From Deltaproteobacteria bacterium (GTDB taxonomy: Bacteria; Myxococcota; Kuafuiibacteriia; Kuafuiibacteriales; Kuafuiibacteriaceae): a stretch of DNA of 64,000 nucleotides. The notes under the pieces are model-generated. The model did no database searches. It was given only the letters and a program-made list of their open reading frames with translations, and was not told the DNA's origin. This document shows, piece by piece, positions 20,979-30,900 of the stretch. Each line of letters starts with the position of its first letter. Within the stretch, counting starts at the first letter, position 1. The stretch is taken from contig JAVJQW010000020.1 in the NCBI GenBank assembly GCA_040218735.1, positions 1 to 64,000 of the forward strand. Reading direction: 5' to 3'. The translations under genes and the position numbers were made by a program.

Positions 20979-22276
20979 GGCGCGCTCCTCTCGGGGCGGG
21001 TGAGCACGATCGTCGGGCGCTTCCCAAGCTGCGCCTTCGCCACCCGTCGAAGGTCGCGCTCCCCGAGCACCTCGAGGACCGCGGCCTCGTCGGCGAGCGC
21101 GCGCAACGCGCCGTGTTCGAGGAACGCCCGCGCCGCGGTGGTCGCGCGTCCGTCCACGCGCGCGACCTGCGCCAACCGTCGGCCTCGCGCGGTCGCGAGC
21201 GCACGTTCGATTTCGCGCCCCGTGGTCCCGCCCGCCGAGATGTCCTTCACGACGCGCTCCACGCGTCGCGCCGCCGCCGTCGCCGTCATGGTCTCGGCGA
21301 GCTCCATCTCGACCGTCAGCGAACCGGTCGCGCCGGGGCGGTGTCGGACCGCGACGGACGTGATCCCCGACGGCGAGGCCTCCTTCGCGATGCGCCCCGC
21401 GAGCACCGCCGCGATCGTCTCGACCGCCAGGTGGTCTGCCGCGCTCGCCTCCGCGAGGGGCCACCACACAAACGAACGACGGACGGCGCCCGGCACCTTC
21501 AGCTCGAACGGCGCACGCGGCGCGACCGGCGGCTCCCATACTTTAGGGGCCTCGTCGTTCGGTCGCTCGACTTCGGCGTAGACCGCACCGACCCGCGCGA
21601 GGACGTCACGGCGTTCGATGGCGCCCGCGATCACCAGCGTCGCACGCCCCGGATCGAACACGGCGGCCGCTTCGTCGATCGCGTCGCGCTCGAGCTCGTC
21701 CGCCACCGTGCGCTGCGCCGCCGCGCGCTCGACGTTCGCGTGGAGCCGGTCCGCCGTCCACGTTCGGCGCCGGGCCTCGATGACCCCCCACGCGGCGTCG
21801 GCCGGGCGGCGCTCTTTCGTCGCGGCGAGCGCCGCGTCGAGGTGCTCGGGGGTCGTGGTCGTCGCCCAGTACGCGAGGTGCCAGGCGATACCGGACCGGT
21901 GCGCCCCGGGGACGCTGCGACCGTCGCGCACCGCATCCAGCAGAGCGGCCGTGCGCCCGAAATCGACGCCGTCGTCCTTCGTCCCCGCGTCGAACCACAC
22001 CTGCACGTCGACCGCCGACGAACCGTCGCCGAGCACCAACAGCAACGTCGGGCCGTCCGCGAGCTCGTAGCGCTCGAACGCGAGCCCGTAGAGGCGATGG
22101 GATTCGATGGGCCGCCAGGCGATGTCGCCGGCGCGGTTCACCGCCGTGACGTCCGCCCAGATCTGAACCGTGTCCTCCGTCGCCAGCGAGGCTTTGGGGG
22201 CGGCGCGCGGAGGGGCAGGGGTGCGGCAGGCGACGAGCGCCAGGAGGAGGAAACCGCGGGCCGCAGGCCACCGCAC
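20975..22276 (-). CDS. Degenerate M16 (insulinase) family lipoprotein
   Basis: LVAC lipobox; ERYELADGPTLLLV...VDVQVWFDAGTKDD resembles the M16 N-terminus, but the HxxEH position reads ALLDA. Confidence 0.65.
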   Translation of the reverse strand: MRWPAARGFLLLALVACRTPAPPRAAPKASLATEDTVQIWADVTAVNRAGDIAWRPIESHRLYGLAFERYELADGPTLLLVLGDGSSAVDVQVWFDAGTKDDGVDFGRTAALLDAVRDGRSVPGAHRSGIAWHLAYWATTTTPEHLDAALAATKERRPADAAWGVIEARRRTWTADRLHANVERAAAQRTVADELERDAIDEAAAVFDPGRATLVIAGAIERRDVLARVGAVYAEVERPNDEAPKVWEPPVAPRAPFELKVPGAVRRSFVWWPLAEASAADHLAVETIAAVLAGRIAKEASPSGITSVAVRHRPGATGSLTVEMELAETMTATAAARRVERVVKDISAGGTTGREIERALATARGRRLAQVARVDGRATTAARAFLEHGALRALADEAAVLEVLGERDLRRVAKAQLGKRPTIVLTRPERSAP

Positions 22277-22317
22277 GTTATGGGTTTAACCACAGGCCGG
22301 ATCGGCCCGACAGTTTT

Positions 22318-25300
22318 TCAGTTGGCCTTCTTGTCGTTGGAGGGCTTCTCGCGCGCCTCGGCGACGGCGGGGGTCGATCCGCTGCGGCGGGAGACGAACA
22401 GAGAGCGGTAGGTGATGACCTTCTCGTCGAGCCGCGCCACCACGAGGACCTTGTTGAGGCCCTCCTCGAGCGTGAGGTCGACCTCGAACGGCATCTTCAC
22501 CGCGTCGTCGTCCGGCGCCGCCCAGTCCTTCTTCTCCGCGGCCTTCTTCTCCGACGCGGTCGGGGCCTTCGGGCCGCTCTTGAAGAAGACCTTCTCGTCG
22601 TTCACGAGCACGTACATGTCGCGGAGCTTGCGCGCCGTGATGGTGCCCTCGAGCTTCACCGACTCGCGGTCGAGGATCGAGCCGCCCAGATCGTCGACCA
22701 GCGCGATCGACGGCGGGCGACGCTTCGGCGCGTACGTCAGCTTCGAGGGGAGCGCCTTCGGCTTCCCGCTCGACTGCAGGTCCGAGCTCTTGATCCAGGC
22801 CGACGCGCCTTCCATCACCTTCACCAGCGTGAAGCCGCGCGACGTCGCCATCGCCTCGAAGCGCGTGCCCTTCTCGACGGACGCGAGCACGTCCGAGCTC
22901 ACCGAAGCGCCCGACCGAAGCAGAGTGTTGCGCCGCGCCGCCACGCCGCCCTTCTTCGCGACGCGTTTGTCCGCGGACGCCGGCGCGGCGACCAGGTCGA
23001 ACTGGTCCTCCAACCACTCACCCGTCCCGGCGTCGTAGATCGTCAGCTCCAGCGGCAGCTTGCCGCGGTCGCTCTGGGCCGTCGGCACGCGGAAGCGCAG
23101 GCGCCCCACGGCGGTGCCGCCGCCCTTGATCGCACCGACCGTCACTCGACCGCGCTCGAGGAACAGGTCCTCCTTCGCGCCCGACTTCAGGCGCAGCGTC
23201 ACATCGTCCGCGTCGCCGGGGCCGGTGTTCGTCACGTAGATGATGAAGTCGACGCCCTCGCCGACTTCGAGCACGCCATCGCCGTCGCCGCGCTTTTCGT
23301 CGTCGAACGCGTAGGAGTACGCGAACTGCGGGTGCGGGATGTACTGCGTGACGACGGGGAGGACCGCCTTCGCTTCGACCTCACCCTCGTCCGCCGTGAG
23401 CTCGAGCTCCAGCAGGTCCGAGCGCGACGCCGCTTCCTTCGCGACCTTCGTCGAGACCTTCCACGTGCGCACTTCGCCCGGTCCGAGCTTGCCGAACATG
23501 AACTCACGCCCGCGGAACGCCGGGTGCTCCGAGTCGATGATGCCGCGGAGCCGGTGAAGCGTCGTGGTGCCCTGGTTCTCGACGCGCGCGATCAGCTCGA
23601 CTTCGTCGCCGGCCGTCACCTGGTTCGTCGGGTGTTTCTCGAGCCCGAGCGACACGAGCAGATCCGCGTTCGCCGTCGCGCCGGGCGCCTTCTGCTCCGT
23701 CCAGTCCACGCCGAGATCGCCGAGACGAGCCGCCACGCGATCCACTTCCTGCTCGGCGCGTTTCTTCACGAAGTCACTCCCTACCTGCAGCATCTTGCTG
23801 CGCGAGGCGCGCCCCACCGACACCAGGAACTCACGCGCGAACTTGATCGGGTAGTCCTCGTTGAACCCATCCGCCGGCGCCGGCGTCTCGTCTTCGTCGC
23901 CTTCGTCATCCGAAGAGTTCTGATCGAGCAGGTACGTCAGCTCGAACTTCGGCTGCTGCGTCGCGATCTTCTTACCCGCGCGCTCGAGGTGGCTCTTGAG
24001 GTTCTTCTCGCGGTGACCCTTCGGCTCGTAGAACAACCGCACCGACTTCTCTTCGACCCACGCCGGCTTGAGCTCGATGTCGGGCGTGACGCCCTCGTTC
24101 TGAATCGAGATCCCACCCGGGGTGAGGTACTGCGCGATAGTCAGCTTGAGCGCCGAGTTGTCCGCGAAGTCATAGAGCACCTGCACGGAGCCCTTACCGA
24201 ACGTCCGCTCGCCGATGACCACGGCGCGGTCGAGGTTCTTCAGCGCACCCGCGACGATCTCCGATGCCGACGCCGAACCCTTGTTCACGAGCACCGCGAC
24301 CGGCACCTCGCTCTCGGTGCCCGACCACCGCGCGCGCTTCGGCTCGCGGAGTTTGTTGCCGTAACCCACCGTGGTCACGATGTCGCCCGACGTCAGGAAC
24401 TTGTCCGAGACGCGGATCGCCTGCTCGAGCAACCCACCGGGGTTGTTACGCAGGTCCAGGACCACGCCGGCCAGCTTGCCGCCGGCTTCCTTGCTGAGTT
24501 TCTCGAGGCGTTCGTCGAGATCCTTCCCGGTGTTCTGCTGGAAGTTCTTGATCTTGATGTAGCCGACCCGGTTCGCGAGGAGCTTGCTCTCGACCGATTC
24601 GATCTTGATGCGCTCGCGCACGATGTTGAAGCGACGTGAGTCCGCCCAACCCTTGCGATCGACCCAGATGGTGACCTTCGAGCCCTCGGGCCCGCGCAGC
24701 ATCCGCACCGCTTCCTCGATCGGCATCGAGACCGTCGACACGTCGCCGATGCGCGAGATGATGTCACCCGCCTCGAGCCCCGCCCGCGACGCCGGCGTGC
24801 CGTCGAGCGGGGAGATGATCGTGAGTTTTCCGTCGCGCACCGAAATGACGATGCCCAACCCACCGAACTCACCCTTCGTCGAAGTCTTCATCTCCGCGAA
24901 CGCCTCGGGTTTGAGGAGCACGGAGTGTGGGTCGAGCGTCGACAGCGCACCGTTCACTGCCGCGTACTCGATCGCGCGCACGTCCTGCTGCGGCGGGAGG
25001 TTCTTCTCGAAGAAGCGGAACACCTCGCGCAGCTTGAGGTTGATCTCCCAGAGGCTCTCGACGTCGTCGATGTACAGGAGCTTCTCCTCGTCCATCACCT
25101 TGATGGACAGGCGCCCCTTGCCCGCGTCCTCCACGAGGACCTCGGCGATCTGCCGTTCGATCTCGTTCAGCGAAGCGACGAGCATCGCCTTGGGGTCGAT
25201 GCGGTCCGGCTCCACGTAGTTGTCCTTCACGTGCAGCGCGACGTTCGAGAACACCGACAGCGACGAGATCCGATAGTTGCGGTCGCTCCCGCTGCCGTCG

Positions 25301-25452
25301 CTGCCGAGGAGGAATCCGCTCTCGCCGCCCGCCGCGGCGAGGACCTCGGAGAACGGCGCGGCGCGCATCCCGGCCCGCAGGTGGGAGACCTCGTAGCCCC
25401 CCCACGCGAGCGCGCCGCAGACCGCGACCAAGAAGAGTGATTTGAGCTGCAT
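22318..25452 (-). CDS. S41 C-terminal processing protease, MXAN_5808-like
   Basis: LDPHS, PDZ (GEFGGLGI), LDLRNNPGGLL, SASASEIVAGAL, TFGKGSVQ; long C-terminal Ig/SH3-like extension. Confidence 0.93.
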   Translation of the reverse strand: MQLKSLFLVAVCGALAWGGYEVSHLRAGMRAAPFSEVLAAAGGESGFLLGSDGSGSDRNYRISSLSVFSNVALHVKDNYVEPDRIDPKAMLVASLNEIERQIAEVLVEDAGKGRLSIKVMDEEKLLYIDDVESLWEINLKLREVFRFFEKNLPPQQDVRAIEYAAVNGALSTLDPHSVLLKPEAFAEMKTSTKGEFGGLGIVISVRDGKLTIISPLDGTPASRAGLEAGDIISRIGDVSTVSMPIEEAVRMLRGPEGSKVTIWVDRKGWADSRRFNIVRERIKIESVESKLLANRVGYIKIKNFQQNTGKDLDERLEKLSKEAGGKLAGVVLDLRNNPGGLLEQAIRVSDKFLTSGDIVTTVGYGNKLREPKRARWSGTESEVPVAVLVNKGSASASEIVAGALKNLDRAVVIGERTFGKGSVQVLYDFADNSALKLTIAQYLTPGGISIQNEGVTPDIELKPAWVEEKSVRLFYEPKGHREKNLKSHLERAGKKIATQQPKFELTYLLDQNSSDDEGDEDETPAPADGFNEDYPIKFAREFLVSVGRASRSKMLQVGSDFVKKRAEQEVDRVAARLGDLGVDWTEQKAPGATANADLLVSLGLEKHPTNQVTAGDEVELIARVENQGTTTLHRLRGIIDSEHPAFRGREFMFGKLGPGEVRTWKVSTKVAKEAASRSDLLELELTADEGEVEAKAVLPVVTQYIPHPQFAYSYAFDDEKRGDGDGVLEVGEGVDFIIYVTNTGPGDADDVTLRLKSGAKEDLFLERGRVTVGAIKGGGTAVGRLRFRVPTAQSDRGKLPLELTIYDAGTGEWLEDQFDLVAAPASADKRVAKKGGVAARRNTLLRSGASVSSDVLASVEKGTRFEAMATSRGFTLVKVMEGASAWIKSSDLQSSGKPKALPSKLTYAPKRRPPSIALVDDLGGSILDRESVKLEGTITARKLRDMYVLVNDEKVFFKSGPKAPTASEKKAAEKKDWAAPDDDAVKMPFEVDLTLEEGLNKVLVVARLDEKVITYRSLFVSRRSGSTPAVAEAREKPSNDKKAN

Positions 25453-25470
25453 GCGTTCGGTGCTCCTCGC

Positions 25471-27393
25471 TCAGTTTCCACCGGGCCCGTTGGGGCAACC
25501 GCCGGCAATCCGCACGGGGCCAGACCACTGCGCGTCGGCGCGTTGCTCGGGCCCGAAGGCGAGCGACAGCGACACGTTCAGCGTCATCGACTTTCCGGTG
25601 CACGGAGTCTGGATGTCGTACAGAAGGATGAAGGACCCGGCGAGCTCCTGCTGCACGTCGGTGAGCGTCTGCCTCAGGTCGGCCGCGGACTTGGTCGTCG
25701 GCCAATAGCGCCCCCGCGAGAAGTCGGAGATGTCCTGCAGAAACGAGAAGTCGTTCTCGTTCTCGAGGCCCAGGCCGATGATGTTCGTCGGGTACCGCAC
25801 TTGGAAGAGCTCAGCTCTTCCTACAACAGCGTCGAACGCCGCATTCCTTCGTTGTGTGTACAGTTCCTCACGCGCGAATTCGTCGGCGGCATCCTCGTAG
25901 TCGGGCCCCGGCGGCTGTGCGATCAGCATCACGATCCGACCGTTGGCCGCCCCGGCGCGCCGCAGCATCAGCCCCGCCTCCGTGAGCCCCTGCACGGCGT
26001 CGGAGACCGAGTCGTCCTCCGGGTTCCTGATGTACGCGTCGAGGCCGGCCTTGAGCAGGTCGCGCTGCTGGAAGGAGTGCAGGCCGGTCTCGCCGATCGC
26101 GTTGTTGGCCGCGTTGATCCGCGTGGCGATGCCCCAGTCCTCGACCACGACCGCGCCGACGCGGTCACGCGCGCGGATCTGGTCGATCATGCGCTTCACT
26201 TCTTCGATTTGAATCTGACGGTCGACGTCCATCGGCGTGGCCGTCTGCGACAGATCCAGCACGATGATGACGTCCTGCGACGCGCTGCGGACGTCACCGA
26301 CGACGCCCGTCGTGTACTGGAGCGTCACGGACCCCGGCACGGGCTCGGTCGGCATCGGCATGAGGTCCTCGGTGCCCGTGACCTCCACGATCGACAGCGT
26401 CTCGACCATGCTGTGGGTCACCCCGCCCGTGTGGCAGATCCAGTCCTCGGGATCGCCGCCGTCCGGGCAGATGCCCTTGTTGTCGACGCCGTACGGCGAC
26501 AGGTGCACCGCGAGCTGACCGCGCGTGTCCGCTTCGAGGTTCTGGTAGGCGTAGACCCCCACGATGTCGACTCCGGCCAACGCTGCGTCGGGCACACGTT
26601 TTCCAATCGGCGGGGACTTGAAACCATTGAGGTCTTGAAGCTGAACCGCGAGCTCGTCGTCGCCGGACGCCGGGACGCGGTCCATCATGAAGTTCCCGTC
26701 CTGGTCGGTGATCGTCGCGTACCGCCCGGACGGCTCCTCGAAGCCGAGCGGGGACAGCCCGAGGTTTCGAACGCGCACGAGGGCGCCGGGGTAGCCGACG
26801 CGGCCTTCGATGGAGACACGACCGTTGGCGTCCGGCTGGCCCACGACGATCTGCTCGGGCGCGAGGTCCAGGTACTCGCCTTCGAGCACGCCGCAGTGCG
26901 CGTCGATCTCACAGGTCGCGACGCCGGTCGCGGGCTCCGGGCACGCCATCCCCTCCTCGCGGTTGGCCTTGGACTGGCAGGTCCCCGTCGGGAAGCAGCA
27001 GACGAAGTCGACGGGCGGCAACGGTGACTCGGGGACACGCGTGAACGCGGGGGCGCCGCGGACCGCGCAGCCCTCACCGATCGCGCCGCTGATCTCGAGG
27101 ACGTCGTTGTCGATCGCGACGACGCTGAAGGTGAACGAGCCGTCGTCCTCGAGCGGTACGCAGTTGCTCGTGTTGGTCGGGAACGCCTGGACCGAGACCC
27201 GATCGACCTCGGGCGGCATCGCGCCCGCCTGACCGAGGCCGAGCACCAGGCCGTCGACCGGGTAGAAGACGGAGATGAGCTCGATGTCCGGCGCGTCGAT
27301 GTCGTTCTTCGGCGAGCCGCCGCAACCGGCGAGGAGGAGCACGCCGACGCCGGCAAATGCCCCGAATCTCTTACCCAATTCCCGCTCCACCAT
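25471..27393 (-). CDS. Lipoprotein with Ig-like and C-terminal VWA-like domain
   Basis: ATG 27393; LLAGC lipobox; DVIIVLDLSQT (degenerate MIDAS); NIIGLG...FLQDISDFSRGRY. Confidence 0.7.
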   Translation of the reverse strand: MVERELGKRFGAFAGVGVLLLAGCGGSPKNDIDAPDIELISVFYPVDGLVLGLGQAGAMPPEVDRVSVQAFPTNTSNCVPLEDDGSFTFSVVAIDNDVLEISGAIGEGCAVRGAPAFTRVPESPLPPVDFVCCFPTGTCQSKANREEGMACPEPATGVATCEIDAHCGVLEGEYLDLAPEQIVVGQPDANGRVSIEGRVGYPGALVRVRNLGLSPLGFEEPSGRYATITDQDGNFMMDRVPASGDDELAVQLQDLNGFKSPPIGKRVPDAALAGVDIVGVYAYQNLEADTRGQLAVHLSPYGVDNKGICPDGGDPEDWICHTGGVTHSMVETLSIVEVTGTEDLMPMPTEPVPGSVTLQYTTGVVGDVRSASQDVIIVLDLSQTATPMDVDRQIQIEEVKRMIDQIRARDRVGAVVVEDWGIATRINAANNAIGETGLHSFQQRDLLKAGLDAYIRNPEDDSVSDAVQGLTEAGLMLRRAGAANGRIVMLIAQPPGPDYEDAADEFAREELYTQRRNAAFDAVVGRAELFQVRYPTNIIGLGLENENDFSFLQDISDFSRGRYWPTTKSAADLRQTLTDVQQELAGSFILLYDIQTPCTGKSMTLNVSLSLAFGPEQRADAQWSGPVRIAGGCPNGPGGN

Positions 27394-27567
27394 GGTCTTT
27401 CGATAGTATCGGAGCAGGCCCACCCGGCTCAACTCGCGGGCGGACGGTTTCTGCGCGGACCGAAGCGGCGGTTTTTGCTTGCAGATCCGCCCTGGGCGGG
27501 CTACCTCCCCCAGCCTCGCCATGCCGGGCTTCGAAGTCTCACCCGGCCCGCGAAGAGGAGAACCACG

Positions 27568-27993
27568 ATGCGTCCTACGCCCCTTCAGACCGTGAAGAAG
27601 AACTTCGAGAGCCGCGAGAAGCTCGCCGCCGAGCTGGCCGGCATGGTCGACCAGCAAAACGGCGACAGCTCGACGGACGAGACCAAGGCCCGCCTGATGG
27701 GCCTGTCGAACAAGAAGCTGCTCCGGCTCTACAAGGTCGAGCAGAAGGTCCGTGAGCGCTTCGGCGACAAGGCCAAGCTCGTCGACCACATCGTCGAAGC
27801 CCGCAAGGCCGCCGGCCACACCGCCGACGCCGCCTACCGCGCCAAGCTCGAGACCTACTCGAAGGCCCGCCTGCTCGACATGACGAACATGACGTACGCC
27901 GAGCGCGCCGCGAAGCAGACCCCCGAGCAGCGGCTCGCGAAGAAGCGCGGCCGCAAGCAGCGCGAGCGCGCCCGCTCGAAGTTGAACGGCTAA
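27568..27993 (+). CDS. Basic hypothetical protein (141 aa)
   Basis: GAGGAG RBS, strong codon bias, Lys/Arg-rich helical sequence. Confidence 0.8.
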   Translation: MRPTPLQTVKKNFESREKLAAELAGMVDQQNGDSSTDETKARLMGLSNKKLLRLYKVEQKVRERFGDKAKLVDHIVEARKAAGHTADAAYRAKLETYSKARLLDMTNMTYAERAAKQTPEQRLAKKRGRKQRERARSKLNG

Positions 27994-30900
27994 GCCGGCC
28001 GGCTGACGAACAGCCGTACGGCCCAGGCCGCCAGCCCCAACAACACGACCACCAGCACGATCGCGATCGTGCCGCGGTGCTGCTCCGTCCACGGGAGCGG
28101 CTCCGCGCTCGGTTGGCCGAAGACCGGATTGTCCACGAGCGTGCCGATCGACGCGTCGCCGAGCTCGAGCGGCAACGTGTCCTTCTGCGCGAGGATCCGT
28201 TCGAGGTCGTACGACGGGGGGCCGACCCGATCCGAGCCGACGTACAGCGCGTGCGCGCCCGCCGCGCGCGCCGAGAAGACGATGCGCTCCGCCGCGTAGC
28301 TCGCGCGCACCTCCTGGATCGACAGCGGCGCGTCGTTGCCGTCGTCGATCGTCAGGCGGAGGTAGCGCTTCTTCGTGGGGCGCATCGTGACCGTGACACG
28401 ATCGTCGAGCGGCCGATCCGATCGCGCGACGCGCTGGAGCACGCCGGAGCCGACGCCCGGCCACACCTGCTGGTACGCGCTCGCGGCGATCTGCACGCGG
28501 CGCGCGAACTCCTTCGTTGCGATGTCGAGGTGCAGGCGATCGAACGGGATCCCGTGCTCGCCGACGTCGAGGTACACGTGGGTGCTGCGCCCGTCCTCGC
28601 TGCGCTCGGTCTTGGTGATCGTCAGCTTGCGATCCAGCCGCGGTGCGATCGCGTCCGGCGTGACACACGCGAAGCTCGCGCCGAGGATCCGCGTGAGCTC
28701 CGCGTCGGGGTCGGGGAGCAGCGTGACGCGCACCCACTTCGCGACCGACGTCGGGTAGCGCACCGTGGTGCCTCGATAGACGCCTTCGTCGGAGACGATC
28801 TCGTAGACGACCGAGCCCTCCGCGATCGTCGTGAAGTCGTCGGACTTGTTGCCGGTCTCGATCCGCGTCTGGCGGAGGAAGCCGCTCCCGGTCGACAGGC
28901 GCAGGTCGACCTCGCAGTGCTCGACCTCGCGGTCGAGCTCGAACGTCGCGCGGAAGCTCCCGTCGGGGAGCTCACCCGGATCGAACATCCGCGAGCCGAC
29001 CCAGCGCGCCGGACGATCCGCCGGGACGGGCTGCACGACGAACGGCACCTCGGCGCCTTCGTGGGTGATGCGGACGTCGGCGAAGTCCGCCTTCGTCGCG
29101 GCGTAGACGGACGGTGGGATCGCGACCGCGAAGTAGCCGTTCCTATCTACTGAGTGGATGGGGGCGGTCTTCTCGAACTTCGTGATGTCGACCTTCGGCG
29201 CCTTCGGCTCCGCGCGCGCGACCGCCGGCAGGCAGACCACGAGGAGCAAGGCCGCCGCGGTCCCTTCCGCGAAGAGGCCCTTGAGTCGTGCGTAGAGGAA
29301 CCCGGCGGCGACGAGGAGCGCGCCGACGATCGTCAGCACGATGACCTGGTACAGCCGCGGCAGGTTCCAGACGTCGTACGCGGCGAGCTTGCCGATGGTG
29401 CCGACGAACACGATGAGTCCGAGGTAACGGTGGAACTTGTCCTTCATGATGAATCCGCCCGAGAGGAGCGCGATCGCGACGAGCGCGAGCACGATGGTCG
29501 TCGCGACGTCGAGCGTGCCCGCGAGGGCGGCCTGCTGCGCGTGGACCTGGTCCATGAATGCAAAGAACTCCGCGTCGTCCAGCGCGACGCCGGGGACCGC
29601 GGGGAGATCGAGCAACGCGCCGCGCACCTCGCTGATCGCGAGCGCGGTGAGCAACGTGTAGCCGCCGACCGCGAGCACGGCCGCCGCGATTCGACGGGCG
29701 CTCTCGGCGACCTTCGCGGCTTCGAGCGCCTTCGCGCGCACGATGAAGAACGCCGACGCCAGCGCCGCGAGGCCGCCCGCGAGCAAGCCGTAGGCGCGCG
29801 GGTTGAAGAACACCCGCGGCGACAGCGCGCCGGCCGCGCCGCGTGAGTCGATGAACGTGATGTAGGGGGCCTCCGCCGCCGGGACGTCGAAGGCGAGGAT
29901 GCGCGTCAGCACCGCGAACGCGAGGAGCGCGGTGGCGACGAGCCAGCCGGGCTCCTGGACGCGCGCGAAGATCAGCGCGGTCACCACGACGAGCACCGCC
30001 CACGCGAGCGTGACCGTCGCGCCCGACAGACCAAATCCGGCGGAGGCCGCGAACAGCGCGATCGCGATCGCGGCGAACACCGTGACGGTGAGCGAGCCCT
30101 CCGCGCGTCGGTGGTACGTCGCGAGGCCGAGGCTCGTGATGCCGAACGCCGCGGTGACGAGCGCGCGCATGGTGGGCACGGTCTCGGCCGTCGACACGAT
30201 CGCCATCGCGAGGCCGAGGAGGATCGCCACCGCGCTGGTGACGACCGGGAGCTTCGACTTCGTGTGCTCGGCGAGCCTCGACGCGAGGTACGCGAGGAGT
30301 CCGGCCCACAGCGCGGTCACGACGAGGAGCACGACGTCGAACGCACGGTCCTGCGTCTCGACGAAGGTGCCGCCCACGGCGACGAGCGCGAGCCCGGTGA
30401 CGAGGACGTTGGCGAGCAGGAGACCGCCGGAGCGCGCGCGGTAGGCGACGAACCCGGCGACGGACGCGGACGCGAGCGTCGCGAGGGCGGCGGTGTGGAA
30501 CCCGTCGGGGAGCGTTGCGATCATCGCGAGCAGCACGAAGGCGAACAGCGCGACGACGGCGGGGATCGCTTCGCCGCGGGACAGCGTGCGGCCGGCCTTC
30601 AGCGCGTCGTAGAGGAACGCGACGACGTAGACGCCGCTCCACACGCCGAGGAGCGCGAGGAGGTAAGGCGGCGCCGCGTCGCGGTTCGCGCCGGTGCCGC
30701 CCGCGAGGAGCAGGAACGCGAAGAGCATCGGGAGCACGAGGAGCTTCTCGCGCCCGAGGTGGCGCATCACGAGGACACTCGACACCCCCACGACGATCAT
30801 CGCGAGGCCGAGGTGCACGGTGGTGTCGACCAACAGAGCGGTGATGCCGCCGTGCCAGATAAGGAGCGCGGCGGTCGCAACGAGCGGGACGACGAACGGG

